Numbered from the whole stretch's first letter, positions 39,685 to 52,169 are shown. The stretch is DNA of 63,006 nt, filler included, from Basidiobolus ranarum (GCA_040143965.1; 39 parts of 39 records of this genome joined end to end with filler, not necessarily neighbours in it); one strand, 5' to 3'. Numbers and translations are program-made. Notes: generated by a model not told the origin, from the letters alone.

Positions 39685-39881
39685 CCCTATGAGAAATACA
39701 AGAATGAATACCAGAGGAAAACCAGAGATAACACAAATATAGGGGTAGGAATACCACGAGAAAATGGGAGGAAAAAAGACTGGTGGAGAAACCATAAAAA
39801 ATTGTTGCAACATTAGTAAAATGCCATCAGAATCTGTCAGAAATTAGTATGAAATGCAAATTGAAATTTTTTTTGTTAGGG
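39685..39881. mobile_element. 197-bp non-autonomous element with CCCTA...TAGGG ends, inside LTR A
   Basis: Interrupts the LTR A sequence; ATA on both sides. Confidence 0.75.
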
Positions 39882-40520
39882 ATATATATATAATATGCAT
39901 TCCAATTGTCAGTTAAGTGATATTTGACTAAGTAAGGTTAACTAACTTATATGTGCTATATGAAATAGTTAGGTGTAGATAGATAGAGATAACAAATACA
40001 ATAAAGACAATAAACTTCAATAATGTGAGCAATTACATAGCAGAACTTGTTGGAACAGAATTTGGACTATTAGTTGCAGGGAATCAACTAAACTTATTCA
40101 AGACCAGAGGAAATGACTCAACCAGCTGAGTTTGGTTTTTCACTTGAGTTCAAAATTCAGAGTGGGATGAATATAGTAGGGTAGCATTGGTACCACTAGC
40201 AGATTGACTTGTTTCCACTCCAAGCTAATATCACTACTATTGCACAATTTCTATTTTATTGTCCATATTTGACTTACCCATATTCTCCAGCCAATCATGT
40301 AGCACTCTTAGTATTATTGGGAAAATATGGGCTGTTTGGAGGAACTTTAGAAAAGTGGAGTTGTGAATAGCTTTGTGAGATAATTGTTTATTGTCCAGAA
40401 ATAAAGCATTTATACTTTTTNNNNNNNNNNNNNNNNNNNNNNNNNNNNNNNNNNNNNNNNNNNNTTAATTAATTAANNNNNNNNNNNNNNNNNNNNNNNN
40501 NNNNNNNNNNNNNNNNNNNN

Positions 40521-41420
40521 GGCAAGTTACTGGGTTTACTGCTGTAGGAATTTGAATTAATATGCATGCCTTTATTTAGATATTTTAGGCTTTGTATTCC
40601 AGCCATAATGAGAATCAAAAAATACAAGAATTTTGCTGTGTTTAGTCTCTACACATGCATATACTTGACTTATCACACACAACTCAACAACATCAATATG
40701 CTGTACCAGCAAACTAATGGTGAAAAAATTGCAAAACATCCAGAATTTTCAATAGCACTGACACTTGGCAAATAGCTGACCCTTGTTACCACTCACAATG
40801 AGAATAAGCTCTTGGATTTTGGCAAATTTCCGTAAAGATTTCAGCCAATATATCCCCAACTTGCAGTCAAAAAATGACCTGCCACAAGTACATGTGTCAT
40901 TGCTTGAATAGATTACCCCATGGCTAAAACAACAATACTGCCTATCTTTGTCTATCTCACTAAGATGTCTGTCTTGCAGCTTTCCTAGAAGTACCATCAG
41001 ATTATTACACAAATAAATTAGTTCTTATTATAGAGGTACTTACTCTGTGTCTATGGATTGCACTTTTTGCTGTTATTGTGCTCAAACAATATGAAAACCT
41101 ATGAGCACAATGAAAAGAGGCCTTTGTTGGAAGGTAAATATACTCTGGAATCTCCTGAACCCATTACAGTACATCCATCACTGATTTTGCTGATACATTG
41201 TCAATCAGATTAGCACAAGGTAATACTGATGATTACACACAAAGCATCATTTTGCCATAGGTGTGCTCCATTGGGAACTTGCAGAATGCATAGCAAGGGC
41301 CTATAGTCTCTAAGCATTGTGAAAGATGCAGCAGGGAGTGTATGGAATACTGGCATAGATTCAGTGTATCCTCTTTAAACCTCTAATAAAGTTTTTCATA
41401 TCTAATTACAAAATCTTGGC
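40521..41420 (-). mobile_element. CACTA element, 3' region
   Basis: Reverse complement of 13140-13740 and 19484-19985; also at 53433-54105. Confidence 0.8.
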
Positions 41421-41459
41421 AAAATTTTACTAAATTTTGCAATTTACGTCAATAAATTC

Positions 41460-42035
41460 TAGGATCTAGAATTTTGCTAACTTCATATTAAGGGTGTTTA
41501 TCAACTTGATTGCTGGGGGTAGGTCAATAGATTGGCCTTCAAAGGTGTTTCTGGCATGTGGCTTTAGGAGAGACACATGGAATACATTGTGGACTTTGAA
41601 ATGGGCTGGGAGTTCAAGGCGGAAGGCTACAGAATAGATTTGCTTAATAATCTTGAAAGGCCCTAGTCTCTTATGATCAAGCTTATCACAAGGTCTAGAG
41701 GTTTTGATATTTTTCTGGAGTAGCCAAGCATAATCTCCTGGCTTGAGATCTGGGCTTGGCTTTCTTTTCATATCAGCAAAGTTCTTGTATTGAGATTGAG
41801 CATGCTCCAACTCAGATATTAGTTGTTTATGGATATCCTTAAGGAAAGTGGCATGGTCTGAGGCAGCAGGGCAAGGTACATTGGATGGTGGGTCAATTGT
41901 GAAAAAGGATGGAATTCATAATTTGCAAAGAAAGGAGTTTGTTTTGTTGAGGTATGATAAGAGTTGCTGTAAGAAAATACAGCAAGAAGCAAGAGTTTTG
42001 TCCAATTATCCTGATTATTGTTGATAGTGCATCAC
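41460..42035 (-). mobile_element. Gypsy (chromovirus-like) integrase C-terminus
   Basis: KLDHKRLGPFKI...AFRLELP..FKVHNVFHVSLLKP (GPY/F module); EYEVSKIL chromodomain start in a shifted frame. Confidence 0.88.
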
Positions 42036-42136
42036 NNNNNNNNNNNNNNNNNNNNNNNNNNNNNNNNNNNNNNNNNNNNTTAATTAATTAANNNNNNNNN
42101 NNNNNNNNNNNNNNNNNNNNNNNNNNNNNNNNNNNT

Positions 42137-42904
42137 ATGCATCTCAAACTCAATTTATTCATCATTTCCGTAGTACTAGCAAAGGTATCTGTTGGAGTTC
42201 CTCTGAGCGCACTATCCTCTGACTATAACAATGCTGCCCTTCCAAACACAAGCCAGTTAGGGGAAAGCAGTCAGGTTCTGTCGCCATCCACGCAGCAGTC
42301 AGGATACACTACCAATCAGTCAGAGCAGTCGCCACTTCTCAAGCAAGTGTTCAATACCGTGACAAGAAAGCACGACATTTTAAATGACGCAAGAATAGCT
42401 AACGACAGAAATTCGAATATAGAATTCCAATCAGGCCCTAGCTTGGAAGCCGAAGGTAGCGAAGTACAGTCCGACCAAGGTGAACGCGCGGATACTGAGT
42501 CTAATGGTGGGTCCAATATTGCTGCCGGAACGGCTCAAGTCGCACCTAATTCCGAAGGTGATACAACTAATGATCTAGTGCCATCCTCAGAGAATATAGG
42601 ATCAGAAGGGAGCATACCACTACAACAGATGGTGAATAATCTCGGTCAGACTTTACCTCAGTCAGCCTTACTTGACCATGTTCAAGGGAATTCAGCACAG
42701 ACAGGACATGCTCTGTCAGATTCGAATCAGTTTGATCAAGTGCAACGGATTGATCAAACACTATATCAGTCATCTCAACCCTCACAGAATGCTGAGACTC
42801 CACAAACCCCTGATGAGGAAGAACCCGAAGATCTGGGCTCAGGTTGTAGAAGCTGTGGTTGCAGGCATTGTGGTCGTAGACGCCGCTTTGGTCGCAGATA
42901 TTGA
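42137..42904 (+). CDS. Secreted S/Q/N/E-rich protein with a C-terminal Cys/Arg-rich tail, 255 aa
   Basis: Intact ORF; signal peptide MHLKLNLFIISVVLAKVSVG-VP; CpG retained. Confidence 0.8.
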   Translation: MHLKLNLFIISVVLAKVSVGVPLSALSSDYNNAALPNTSQLGESSQVLSPSTQQSGYTTNQSEQSPLLKQVFNTVTRKHDILNDARIANDRNSNIEFQSGPSLEAEGSEVQSDQGERADTESNGGSNIAAGTAQVAPNSEGDTTNDLVPSSENIGSEGSIPLQQMVNNLGQTLPQSALLDHVQGNSAQTGHALSDSNQFDQVQRIDQTLYQSSQPSQNAETPQTPDEEEPEDLGSGCRSCGCRHCGRRRRFGRRY

Positions 42905-43540
42905 TATGATTTCCTTCTGTATCATAGCAACTATGCATTCTATTCTATTCGATAGTAATAAAGTTCCGTATCACCATGTGACAGTTCGTTATTTGTATTC
43001 GTGTGGTTGAATGAATAGCCTAATTCTTTACGTGGCTTTTGCTTAGGTTTATTTTACAAATATCTCTTTTGGTATAACAACATATTTCATTAAAGTTAAC
43101 AGAGTTTAAAAATTTGGCAGGGGCCTTATCCGATGAATGAGATAGTGCTACTATAAATACCACTAATATTGTAAATTCATATAAGAGTTCAAGCAAGTGC
43201 AATAGGTGGTTGCAGTAACTATAGCAACAAATCAGAAATTATACCATTATTCTTGTCGCATCTAAACCTAGTACCCATACAAATAAGTCCATTTACTCTA
43301 AAACTATGTCGAACCCGATTGTTCGGCCTTAAATCTCGTCGTTAGCTGAATCCAAATATTGGTCTGGTGCGTATTTTAATAATGATGCTTTGATTTAAAC
43401 TTTCCTGATACTTTCACGAAGGCATCAATGGGGGCGTGTTCCAAGTTTGCTAGATAACACCAATCTTATTGTTGGAGGTTCTTTAGATGGATATATATAT
43501 ATACTTGAATGTCAATGAATAATCTATACAACATACAACT

Positions 43541-43650
43541 ATGCATCTCAAACTCAATTTACTCATCACTTCCGTATTCCTAGTAAAGGTATCTGTTGGA
43601 GTTCCTCTGAGCGCACTATCCTCTGACTATAACAATGCTGCCCTTCCAAA
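43541..43650 (+). CDS. 5' end of a tandem paralogue of the 42137 gene
   Basis: Near-identical to 42137-42246; TATATA run about 45 nt upstream. Confidence 0.8.
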
Positions 43651-43965
43651 NNNNNNNNNNNNNNNNNNNNNNNNNNNNNNNNNNNNNNNNNNNNTTAATT
43701 AATTAANNNNNNNNNNNNNNNNNNNNNNNNNNNNNNNNNNNNNNNNNNNNTATTTTTGGAAGCCAATGATTTATTCTGATTACATACAATACATAAGACG
43801 GAAATAATGATATCTACAAGTGAGTTAACAAGCTTGTAACCTGCGGGTGGGAATGTCAATCAACTGATCTCCCTGATGCTTGCTCTAGTCGAACTCTTGG
43901 ATAGTTCTCCCGAGACGATCAAAACTCAAGCACCAGTCCAAACAAAGATCTCCGCATGTGTAAAT

Positions 43966-45264
43966 CTAATGCTCCTCCAATGCTCCAGGAATGTCTTTGA
44001 GGTCCACATCAATGAGGTCTTGAAGAGCTCCACCAATGATCTGGATTCCTTCTCTGAGTTGCTCCTCGCTGATCACGAGTGGTGGTGCTAAACGAATGAT
44101 ATTCTCGTGAGTAGGCTTGGCCAAGAGCCCTCTCTCCTTCAAGAGCAGACACAAGTGCCAGGCAGTCTTGGGAGCTGACTTCTCCTGATCAATCACGATG
44201 GCATTCAACAAACCGCGACCACGAACGCATGAGACAATGGGGGAGTTCAAGGCACGAAGTTCTTTACGGAAAATCTTACCAAGACGATCAGCACGCTCGA
44301 CAAGTCCTTCCTCCTTGACGACCTCCAATGCTGCCATGGCAACCGCACAACCAAGAGGGTTTCCACCATAGGTAGAACCGTGCTCCCCAGGGTTGATACA
44401 CAACATCACTTCCTTATCAGCCAACACTGCTGACACGGGGTAGACGCCACCAGAAAGCGCCTTACCGAGCAATACCATGTCTGGGCGGACGTTTTCATGA
44501 TCAATAGCAAGCATAGCACCAGTACGAGCAATACCGGTTTGGATCTCATCGGCAATGAAGAGAATGTTGTGCTTCTTGCAAAGGTCATAGCACTTACGGA
44601 GATATCCCTCATCTGGAACCATGATACCAGCTTCACCCTGGATGGGCTCGACAAGGAATGCGGCGATGTTCTCGGGTTGAGCCTCGACGGCTGCCTCCAG
44701 GTCTTCATAGTTGTTGTAGCGGATCTCACGTCCAGTCTTCTGACAGAATGGTCCGACATTAGGAAGGTATGGTCCAAAGTCGTTACGAGCATCAGGATCG
44801 GTGGACATGGAGATGATACCACAAGTACGACCGTGGAAGTTGTTGCTGCATGAGAGAACGATAGCTTGATTGGTAGGAATTCCCTTCTTCATGTATCCCC
44901 ACTTACGAGCAAGCTTGATGGCGGTCTCAACTGCTTCAGCTCCGGTGTTCATAGGGAGAACCATGTCATATCCAAAGTACTCAGTGACATACTTGGCATA
45001 TTCACCAAACACATCGTTGTAGAAGGCGCGTGAGCTGAGGCACACCTTTTGGGCTTGGTCCACCAAAGCCTTGATGATCTTAGGGTGACTGTGGCCTTGG
45101 TTGACTGCAGAGTAGGCTGAAAGGAAATCATAGTAACGCTTACCCTCGGGATCCCAAACGTACACCCCTTCAGCCTTGGAGAAGACCACGGGAAGTGGGT
45201 GATAGTTATGGGCACTGTGTTTGTGCTCAAGGTCAATAATTTGTTGGGAAGTGGAGATGGTCAT
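43966..45264 (-). CDS. CAR2: Ornithine aminotransferase (class III PLP enzyme), intronless, 432 aa
   Basis: [67 protein letters not shown]. Confidence 0.98.
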   Translation of the reverse strand: MTISTSQQIIDLEHKHSAHNYHPLPVVFSKAEGVYVWDPEGKRYYDFLSAYSAVNQGHSHPKIIKALVDQAQKVCLSSRAFYNDVFGEYAKYVTEYFGYDMVLPMNTGAEAVETAIKLARKWGYMKKGIPTNQAIVLSCSNNFHGRTCGIISMSTDPDARNDFGPYLPNVGPFCQKTGREIRYNNYEDLEAAVEAQPENIAAFLVEPIQGEAGIMVPDEGYLRKCYDLCKKHNILFIADEIQTGIARTGAMLAIDHENVRPDMVLLGKALSGGVYPVSAVLADKEVMLCINPGEHGSTYGGNPLGCAVAMAALEVVKEEGLVERADRLGKIFRKELRALNSPIVSCVRGRGLLNAIVIDQEKSAPKTAWHLCLLLKERGLLAKPTHENIIRLAPPLVISEEQLREGIQIIGGALQDLIDVDLKDIPGALEEH

Positions 45265-45367
45265 ANNNNNNNNNNNNNNNNNNNNNNNNNNNNNNNNNNN
45301 NNNNNNNNNTTAATTAATTAANNNNNNNNNNNNNNNNNNNNNNNNNNNNNNNNNNNNNNNNNNNNTC

Positions 45368-46600
45368 TTATCTGACAAGTTACCCAAATGCGTTGATCTC
45401 GAAATCACAAGCGGCAAATGGAACTCCGAAGAAATTAACAACATGGTTAAAATCTATACCATGCTTGGCTCTTCTGCAACCCGGAAAAGACTCTTTGGCG
45501 ATGTAAGATTAAAACTTTTCGACGGAAGTTTTGTCCATAAACTAAATTCCAAATCCGGTATCGTTGCCCTGCAAAATGGTGTCTATGATCTCCACGAAGG
45601 TATAGTTCGCGAACCTGTCCCTTCTGATTATGCCTCTATTCGAGCCCCAACCCTCCTCCTCGATCCTATCCCTCAACATAAGTTATCTAAATTAATGGGC
45701 GTCTTAGAAAAAATATTCCCCGAACCAGAACTCCTAGACTTTTTTATCATGACCTGTGCATCGTTCTTAGAAGGTTACAATTCCAACAAAATCTTTTACA
45801 TCTGGTGGGGCAAAGGTAACAACGCCAAAACTGCTATACAAACATTGGTCGCCAAAACTTTCGGTAACTATTGTGCCACTCTTCCAACTACTCTTATTAC
45901 CCGAAGCAGAGGCTCGTCTTCTAACGCAACCCCTGATATGTGTCATCTTGAAGGCAAACTTGTTATGTTCTTGCAAGAACCAAACTCCGAAGAAAAAATT
46001 AAAGGTGGTGTCGTTAAAGAACTCACCGGAAACGATAATATTTATATCAGAGAACTTTACAAACAACCTCGATCCATTAAGATCAAAGGTAAGATGATTC
46101 TCGTCTGTAATAATATCCTAGATATTCCAGACATAGATGCCGCACTTAAACGTAGAACCATTGTCATCCCTTTCTTAAGTACTTTCTTGCCCAAACGAGA
46201 ATTTGACTCTCTAGAAAACCAAAATAAAAAATATACATATTTGGTTGAACCTAATGCAGAAAAAATATTAGAAGATTCATGCGACGAATTTATGTCGTTG
46301 CTATTGCGCGAATATCCCAGATATCTTAAGTGTGGCCTTCAAGTACCTAAGATTATTTCTGATACAATAGATACATATCTTGTTGCTCACAATTATCCAG
46401 TGGTGTTTAAACGCAAATACTTCAAGATCCAACCCGGTACTAATATGGAAGTACGTGAAATTTATGGCCAGTTTAAATCTTGGTTCAAAGATGTGCATCC
46501 AAGTCATAACATTCCAACATTAGAAAAATTCGCGAACGCTCTTAACTTAGAATGGGATGGAGTACTAGAAGATATATTTGTTTCTTATGATGAAATGTAA
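45368..46600 (+). CDS. D5-like primase-helicase (SF3 helicase part), NCLDV-like, 5'-truncated
   Basis: NGVYDL (D5_N), Walker A GKGNNAKT, ATPD, Walker B FLQEP, KELTGND, motif C LVCNN, Arg finger ALKRR; frame is open to the contig edge. Confidence 0.92.
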   Translation, partial: LSDKLPKCVDLEITSGKWNSEEINNMVKIYTMLGSSATRKRLFGDVRLKLFDGSFVHKLNSKSGIVALQNGVYDLHEGIVREPVPSDYASIRAPTLLLDPIPQHKLSKLMGVLEKIFPEPELLDFFIMTCASFLEGYNSNKIFYIWWGKGNNAKTAIQTLVAKTFGNYCATLPTTLITRSRGSSSNATPDMCHLEGKLVMFLQEPNSEEKIKGGVVKELTGNDNIYIRELYKQPRSIKIKGKMILVCNNILDIPDIDAALKRRTIVIPFLSTFLPKREFDSLENQNKKYTYLVEPNAEKILEDSCDEFMSLLLREYPRYLKCGLQVPKIISDTIDTYLVAHNYPVVFKRKYFKIQPGTNMEVREIYGQFKSWFKDVHPSHNIPTLEKFANALNLEWDGVLEDIFVSYDEM

Positions 46601-47325
46601 TTTTGTTTTTTAAAATTTCTTATTCTTGTAAATATGCAAGTTGTTATTTAACTCTATACATAACCTTTTTTCTTTACCTTAACCCAATTTGGATCTTGGT
46701 TCGAAACTTTTCTCCTCTAGAAACTTTTTTTTCTAAATTTATATTTTTGCGAACCAGATTAAAACTTTGTTGATTATATCTTTCTAGTTTAAACTTTCAC
46801 ATCTGGAACTAATTTCTTTTTAAAAACCCAAACTCTTGTTGTTTCGAAAACTTTTTTAATATCTTACGAAATTATTTTTNNNNNNNNNNNNNNNNNNNNN
46901 NNNNNNNNNNNNNNNNNNNNNNNTTAATTAATTAANNNNNNNNNNNNNNNNNNNNNNNNNNNNNNNNNNNNNNNNNNNNTATCTTTATCTTTATACACCT
47001 AACTATTTCATATATCACATATAAGTTAGTTAACATTACTTAGTCAAATATCACTTAGCTGAAAATCGGAACATATATTATATATATATGAGAATAATGT
47101 GGGAATTAGCAATTTCATATTGGAAATTTCAAACTTGTCCAAATTGCCCCAAAGATAGCTCATTTTACTCCCACAGATGTTATAAACACAACCCCAGTGT
47201 TAGTTTTGTGTATTTCCACCAAGAAGTATATATGCTTTATTTCTGGACCATAAACAATTATCTCACAAAGCTATTCACAACTCCACTTTTCTAATGTTCT
47301 TGCAAACAGCCCATATTTTCCCAAT

Positions 47326-48385
47326 ACATCACAGCAAAGATATAAGTATCCTGTTATAGAACTTCTGTCTTCAATATCTCTTCCCCAATATGCATCTGAG
47401 CATCCTATCAGATCAAAGTTTGAACCAGAATATGTGTATTTTAAACATGGATGCCCAATACCTTTCAAATATCTGAAAATCCACTTAACTGCAATGATTT
47501 GATCAGATCCATAACTTTGAAGAAATTGGCACATAACTCCCACCAAAAATGCAATATCTGGCCATGTTCCAACCATGATATGCATCAAACTACTAAGCAT
47601 TGATTGATAAGGAAATATCTGGCTTTCATTTGAATTCAAAATGTCTGATTTGAGCCATTTTTGGTCCAGTTAAGATTTGTCTCCATTGAGGTAGATACTG
47701 GATTACATTCTTCCATTTTAAACTTCTTTAGTATATCCAGGATATACTTGGACTGGTTTAAAGGTATTGTCTTGGTAGTTCTATCAATATTAATTTGTAT
47801 TCCAAGATAGTACTTCAGTTCACCAAGATCAGTCACATTGAATATGCCAGATAAGCTGGATTAGGTATTCTCTAAAGTCTTCAAGTCATTGATTGCTATA
47901 ATAAGGTTATCTACATTTAAGGCTAATAAAACTGGGTTTGTCTTATCTGGCCTGAAGTAGATACCATAGTCAGCATTGCTCTTGTGGAATTTGAGTGTAT
48001 CCAAAAAAGAATCTATCTTGCTATTCCAAGCTCTTGGATACAGTTTAAGCTGTAGAGTGTTTTCCAGAGTCTGCAAGCCTTTTTAGGTTTTTGTGGGTCC
48101 ATAAATCTATCTGGCTGGCCCTTATAGATCTCCTCAGCAAGCTCACCATTCAAAAAAGCAGCTTTAACATCCATTTGATGTATAATAAAATGATATTTAG
48201 CTGAAATTGCTAAAATCAATCTGATTGAATTAAACTTTGCTACAGGAGCAAAAGTGTCTATCTAATCTATTCCTGGTTTTTGGGAATATCCTTTGGCTAA
48301 TAGTCTAGCCTTGTACCTTTCTATATTGCCATCAGAGTTGTATTTAACTTTAAACACCTGTTGGCAGCCAATTGATTTTCTTTCC
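47326..48385 (-). mobile_element. Copia reverse transcriptase, degenerate
   Basis: YKARL.AKG, HQMDVKAAFLNG, LALNVDNL, TDLGELKYYLGIQI. Confidence 0.92.
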
Positions 48386-48723
48386 TAATGTGTAATTAAT
48401 CAAAATTTCATTCAATTTGGCCCAAAATGACTCAATTCAAAACCAAGAGTTCCCTTATCAATCCATGGTGGGTTGTTTAGTATCTACATTGGCNNNNNNN
48501 NNNNNNNNNNNNNNNNNNNNNNNNNNNNNNNNNNNNNTTAATTAATTAANNNNNNNNNNNNNNNNNNNNNNNNNNNNNNNNNNNNNNNNNNNNGTGTTAG
48601 TTTTCTGTATTTCCACCAAAAAGTATAAATGTTAAATTTCTGGACAATCAACAATTATCTCACAAAGCTATTCACAACTCCACTTTTCTAAAGTTCCTCC
48701 AAACAGACCATATTTTCCCAATA

Positions 48724-50106
48724 GGTTATGAGCCCCATGTTCTAACCTTTACAGCATGACAGAAACCACTACTACAACTTTTATTAACTCAAGTATTGAA
48801 AAGCTTCATGGAGAAAATTACAATTTCTGGAAGTTCAAGATGCAAAGCATGCTGGAAGACAGGGAGCTTTGGGATGTAGTCTCTGGAGATGAAAAGGAAC
48901 CCTCTGACCCTTTTTTATTGGAAGCATACAAGAAAAGAGACAAGAAGGCCTTTAATGTCATTTGTTAATGTTTGAAGGATTCACAACTTGTGAATATTCA
49001 ATATGCAAAGACTTCCGATCAAGCTTGGACTATATTGGAAGAGTGTTATGAAGCAAAGAGTCTTGCTAACAGACTCTTTCTCAGACAAAAAGTCTTCAAT
49101 ACAAAGATGGAAAAGTCTGAAAGCATGATTACTCATATTGCAAATGTGAGATCTTTGGAAAAATAACTGGAATATATTAGTGCAACTTTACAGGAAGAAG
49201 ATGTCATTATGACTCTTCTAAGTATTCTACCAGAATAGTATTCAAACTTGGTCATGGCTTTGGAAGCAAGATCTGACAAGTTATCTTTGGAGTTTGTGGT
49301 AGCAAGGCTAATGGATCAACAACTCAGAAGTAAGAATTTGGAAAAAGAATGTGATGAAGTGGCTCTTTTTGGAGCTGAAAATGGTAGTTTTGGCAAGTAC
49401 AAAAGTTACAAAAGAAAGAAACCAGGTTTATGCTATGGTTGTAACAAACCAGGACACCAGATAAAAGATTGCAAATCAAGAAGTTATGACTAAAATGAGG
49501 AGTCAGAACAAGCAAATCAGGTTTCAACAAAAGAGGAAGTTTTATTCATTTCTGCCCTCCCAGTGACCTCTGAACAAGACCTTAGGTTGTGGTATAATGA
49601 TTCTGGAGCCACTCAAGATTTCTCTAATCAAAAAACTGTTTTAGACACTCAAAACTGACATGAACAAGAAGGTTTATATGGGAGATGACCAGCTACTAGA
49701 AGCTCTGGGAGTGGGAGAAATTGAAGTGGATCTTGGGGGCATCTCTGGGGACATATATTGAACAGTGAAAAACATGCTATATGTGCCTGAGAGAGCAAAG
49801 AAATTTGTTATCAGTGAGTAAAGCTACATCTGAGGGATATAGTTTTAATTTTCATCAAATTAGCTGTACAATCAGGAATCAAAAGGGGAATTAGGTAGCT
49901 TCTGGAGCTAAGCAAAATAACTTGTATTAACTTCATTATATTAGGCCAATGTATGAACAAGTTAATACTGCCACAGCCAAAGAGATAGACTGGAAAATCT
50001 GGCATAGGAGATTGGTTCATCTAGGAGCTGAAAATACGAGAAATTTTATAAAAAACAAGAAGGTTTTGGGACTAAATTTTGTAATTCCACCAGATCTGGA
50101 GCTATA
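48724..50106 (+). mobile_element. Copia 5' internal region: PBS, gag, knuckle, protease, pre-integrase
   Basis: KLHGENYNFWKFKM, CYGCNKPGHQIKDC, WYNDSGAT, WHRRLVHLG; several stops. Confidence 0.93.
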
Positions 50107-51054
50107 NNNNNNNNNNNNNNNNNNNNNNNNNNNNNNNNNNNNNNNNNNNNTTAATTAATTAANNNNNNNNNNNNNNNNNNNNNNNNNNNNNNNNNNNNNN
50201 NNNNNNATACTGGCTTCAGCGTCCTTTGAGAATGATCAGATAAAAAGGGTATATCCAATCAAAAACAACTGTAAACTCAGCCAGCAGGGTCTTGAACAAG
50301 GATGCACTAGTAGTGATCTATCCAAGGATTTAAAAGGTTCCTTGCCTATGCAGACAAAGCTAGGGAAAAAATATAAAGTATCAGAAATATAACACCAACC
50401 TGTCAGTACTTCCTTTGAGCTAGTCAAGTCCTTTCTAGTCACACAGTAGCCTGTAACTGCTTCTAGTAGTCTCTCTTGAGCTTCTTCTTCAAAGGTCTTG
50501 TAAGCGGTGGTGAAAAAAAGGGGTGATCACAAGTAGCATTTGTTAGTTGAAAACCAGGATGATTTTTGTTTGAAAAGATATGGCTCCTATTGATACTTTT
50601 CTGTTGTTGGATATGATTACTAATGAGAATTTACGGAAAGTTCCAGAGAATTCTATTGGCAGGGATCTGGGGTATGATATCATCACAAATCATAAGATTT
50701 GTAATCCATGGAATGTTCTGGAAGGTTGTAAAATAATCCAGAAAGTCATGGAATGTTCCGGCAAAAGCAAGTTTTGATTGGTCAAAACTCAATCAATCAT
50801 CAAATATTCCAAGAATCTTGTGGAATGTTCTGGAAGATTGTAGAATTTTCCAGAAAATAATAGCGCTAATGTGGGTTAGTACTGATAAATCTGAAGTAAT
50901 GGGGGATAATACTAATAGTGTGATATGATTGGCTAGAAAATATGGGTAAGTCAAATAAGGATAATAAAATACAAATTGTGTAATAGTAATGATATGAGCT
51001 TGGGATGGAAATAAGTCAACTGGCCAGTGGGTAGCAATGCTACCCCACTACACC

Positions 51055-51645
51055 ATGGAGTCATCATAGTTATATGACCAGAATGATGTAGGTCAAAATG
51101 CAACTTTGGTTGAACCAGTAGGTCCAGACAACTTTGAGGACTTGCTGCTAGATGTTGACATTAGTTATTCCAGTACTGATGGTAGTATATCAGAAGTTGA
51201 AGAAGAAGACAACAGTTTTGTTATGGACTCTTTGTTATTTGCAAACATTAGTCCACTCATAACACTTACAGTAAAGGAAGCAGCTTTGATTATTGAGGAG
51301 TGGAGAGTTCTATCCAATCTTAGTAACCAGGTTTTCATTGGTTTTCTTACACTTTGACCACAGTTGATTGGCAACTGTTGCTTGCCACAGACCTGTTACA
51401 CGTGGAAAACACTTGTCAATTGTATGACTTATGATCCTTCAGTAATTAAACTACCTTCATGTCCAAATGGTTGTTTGGCTTTCAATGGTGATCTGAAAAA
51501 CCTGAAGTCATGTACTGTTTGCACACAATTGGCAATCACTGTATCAGGTAAATATTGTTAATATTTGGCTTACATACCATTGATTCCTTGTCTTAAAGCT
51601 TTGATGAAATCACCCAAATATAGATCATTGATCCAATACCAAAAC
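51055..51645 (+). mobile_element. CACTA transposase N-terminal region
   Basis: CPNGCLAF...CTVC...AYIPLIPCLK; homologous to 35720-36830 and 34250-34670. Confidence 0.8.
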
Positions 51646-52169
51646 ACTTGTTCCATTGGACCAGGTCAGGGCCTTTGCCACCGCTCTTCTCACTCCCTTC
51701 TCCATGCTACTATGATGATNNNNNNNNNNNNNNNNNNNNNNNNNNNNNNNNNNNNNNNNNNNNTTAATTAATTAANNNNNNNNNNNNNNNNNNNNNNNNN
51801 NNNNNNNNNNNNNNNNNNNATTTTAGCTGGCCTGATCTGGCTCAATAATATGGAACAAGTATAATCATTTTGTAGGCCTCAATCAAAGTTAGGCAAGGTG
51901 ATCAAAATCTTGATTAATTCTCATTACATTCATATTCAAAGGTATCCAATGAGAGCTCTAGACTTAAGACACCATGAATAAAGCTTTCATCTTCTTATGA
52001 ATGTTCATCAATGTCTAAAAGTACCTTTACTATGTATATTACATAAGTAAAATTACTGTTTCTGAAATCGTAAATAACATTGTGCCAGATAGTGCCCAAT
52101 TGAGCCAATATGTGCTGGCACACTTTTTAGCAGGCCTGATCTGGCTCAATAAAATGGAATAAGTCTATT

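Noticed and set aside
44406-45236. Alternative-frame and antisense ORFs over OAT (likewise over uricase, D5 and the 42137 gene)
   Set aside because: Shadows of codon-biased real genes
43966-46600. OAT next to the D5 helicase as proof of viral integration beside a host gene
   Set aside because: They are on different contigs separated by a spacer; the order reflects length only
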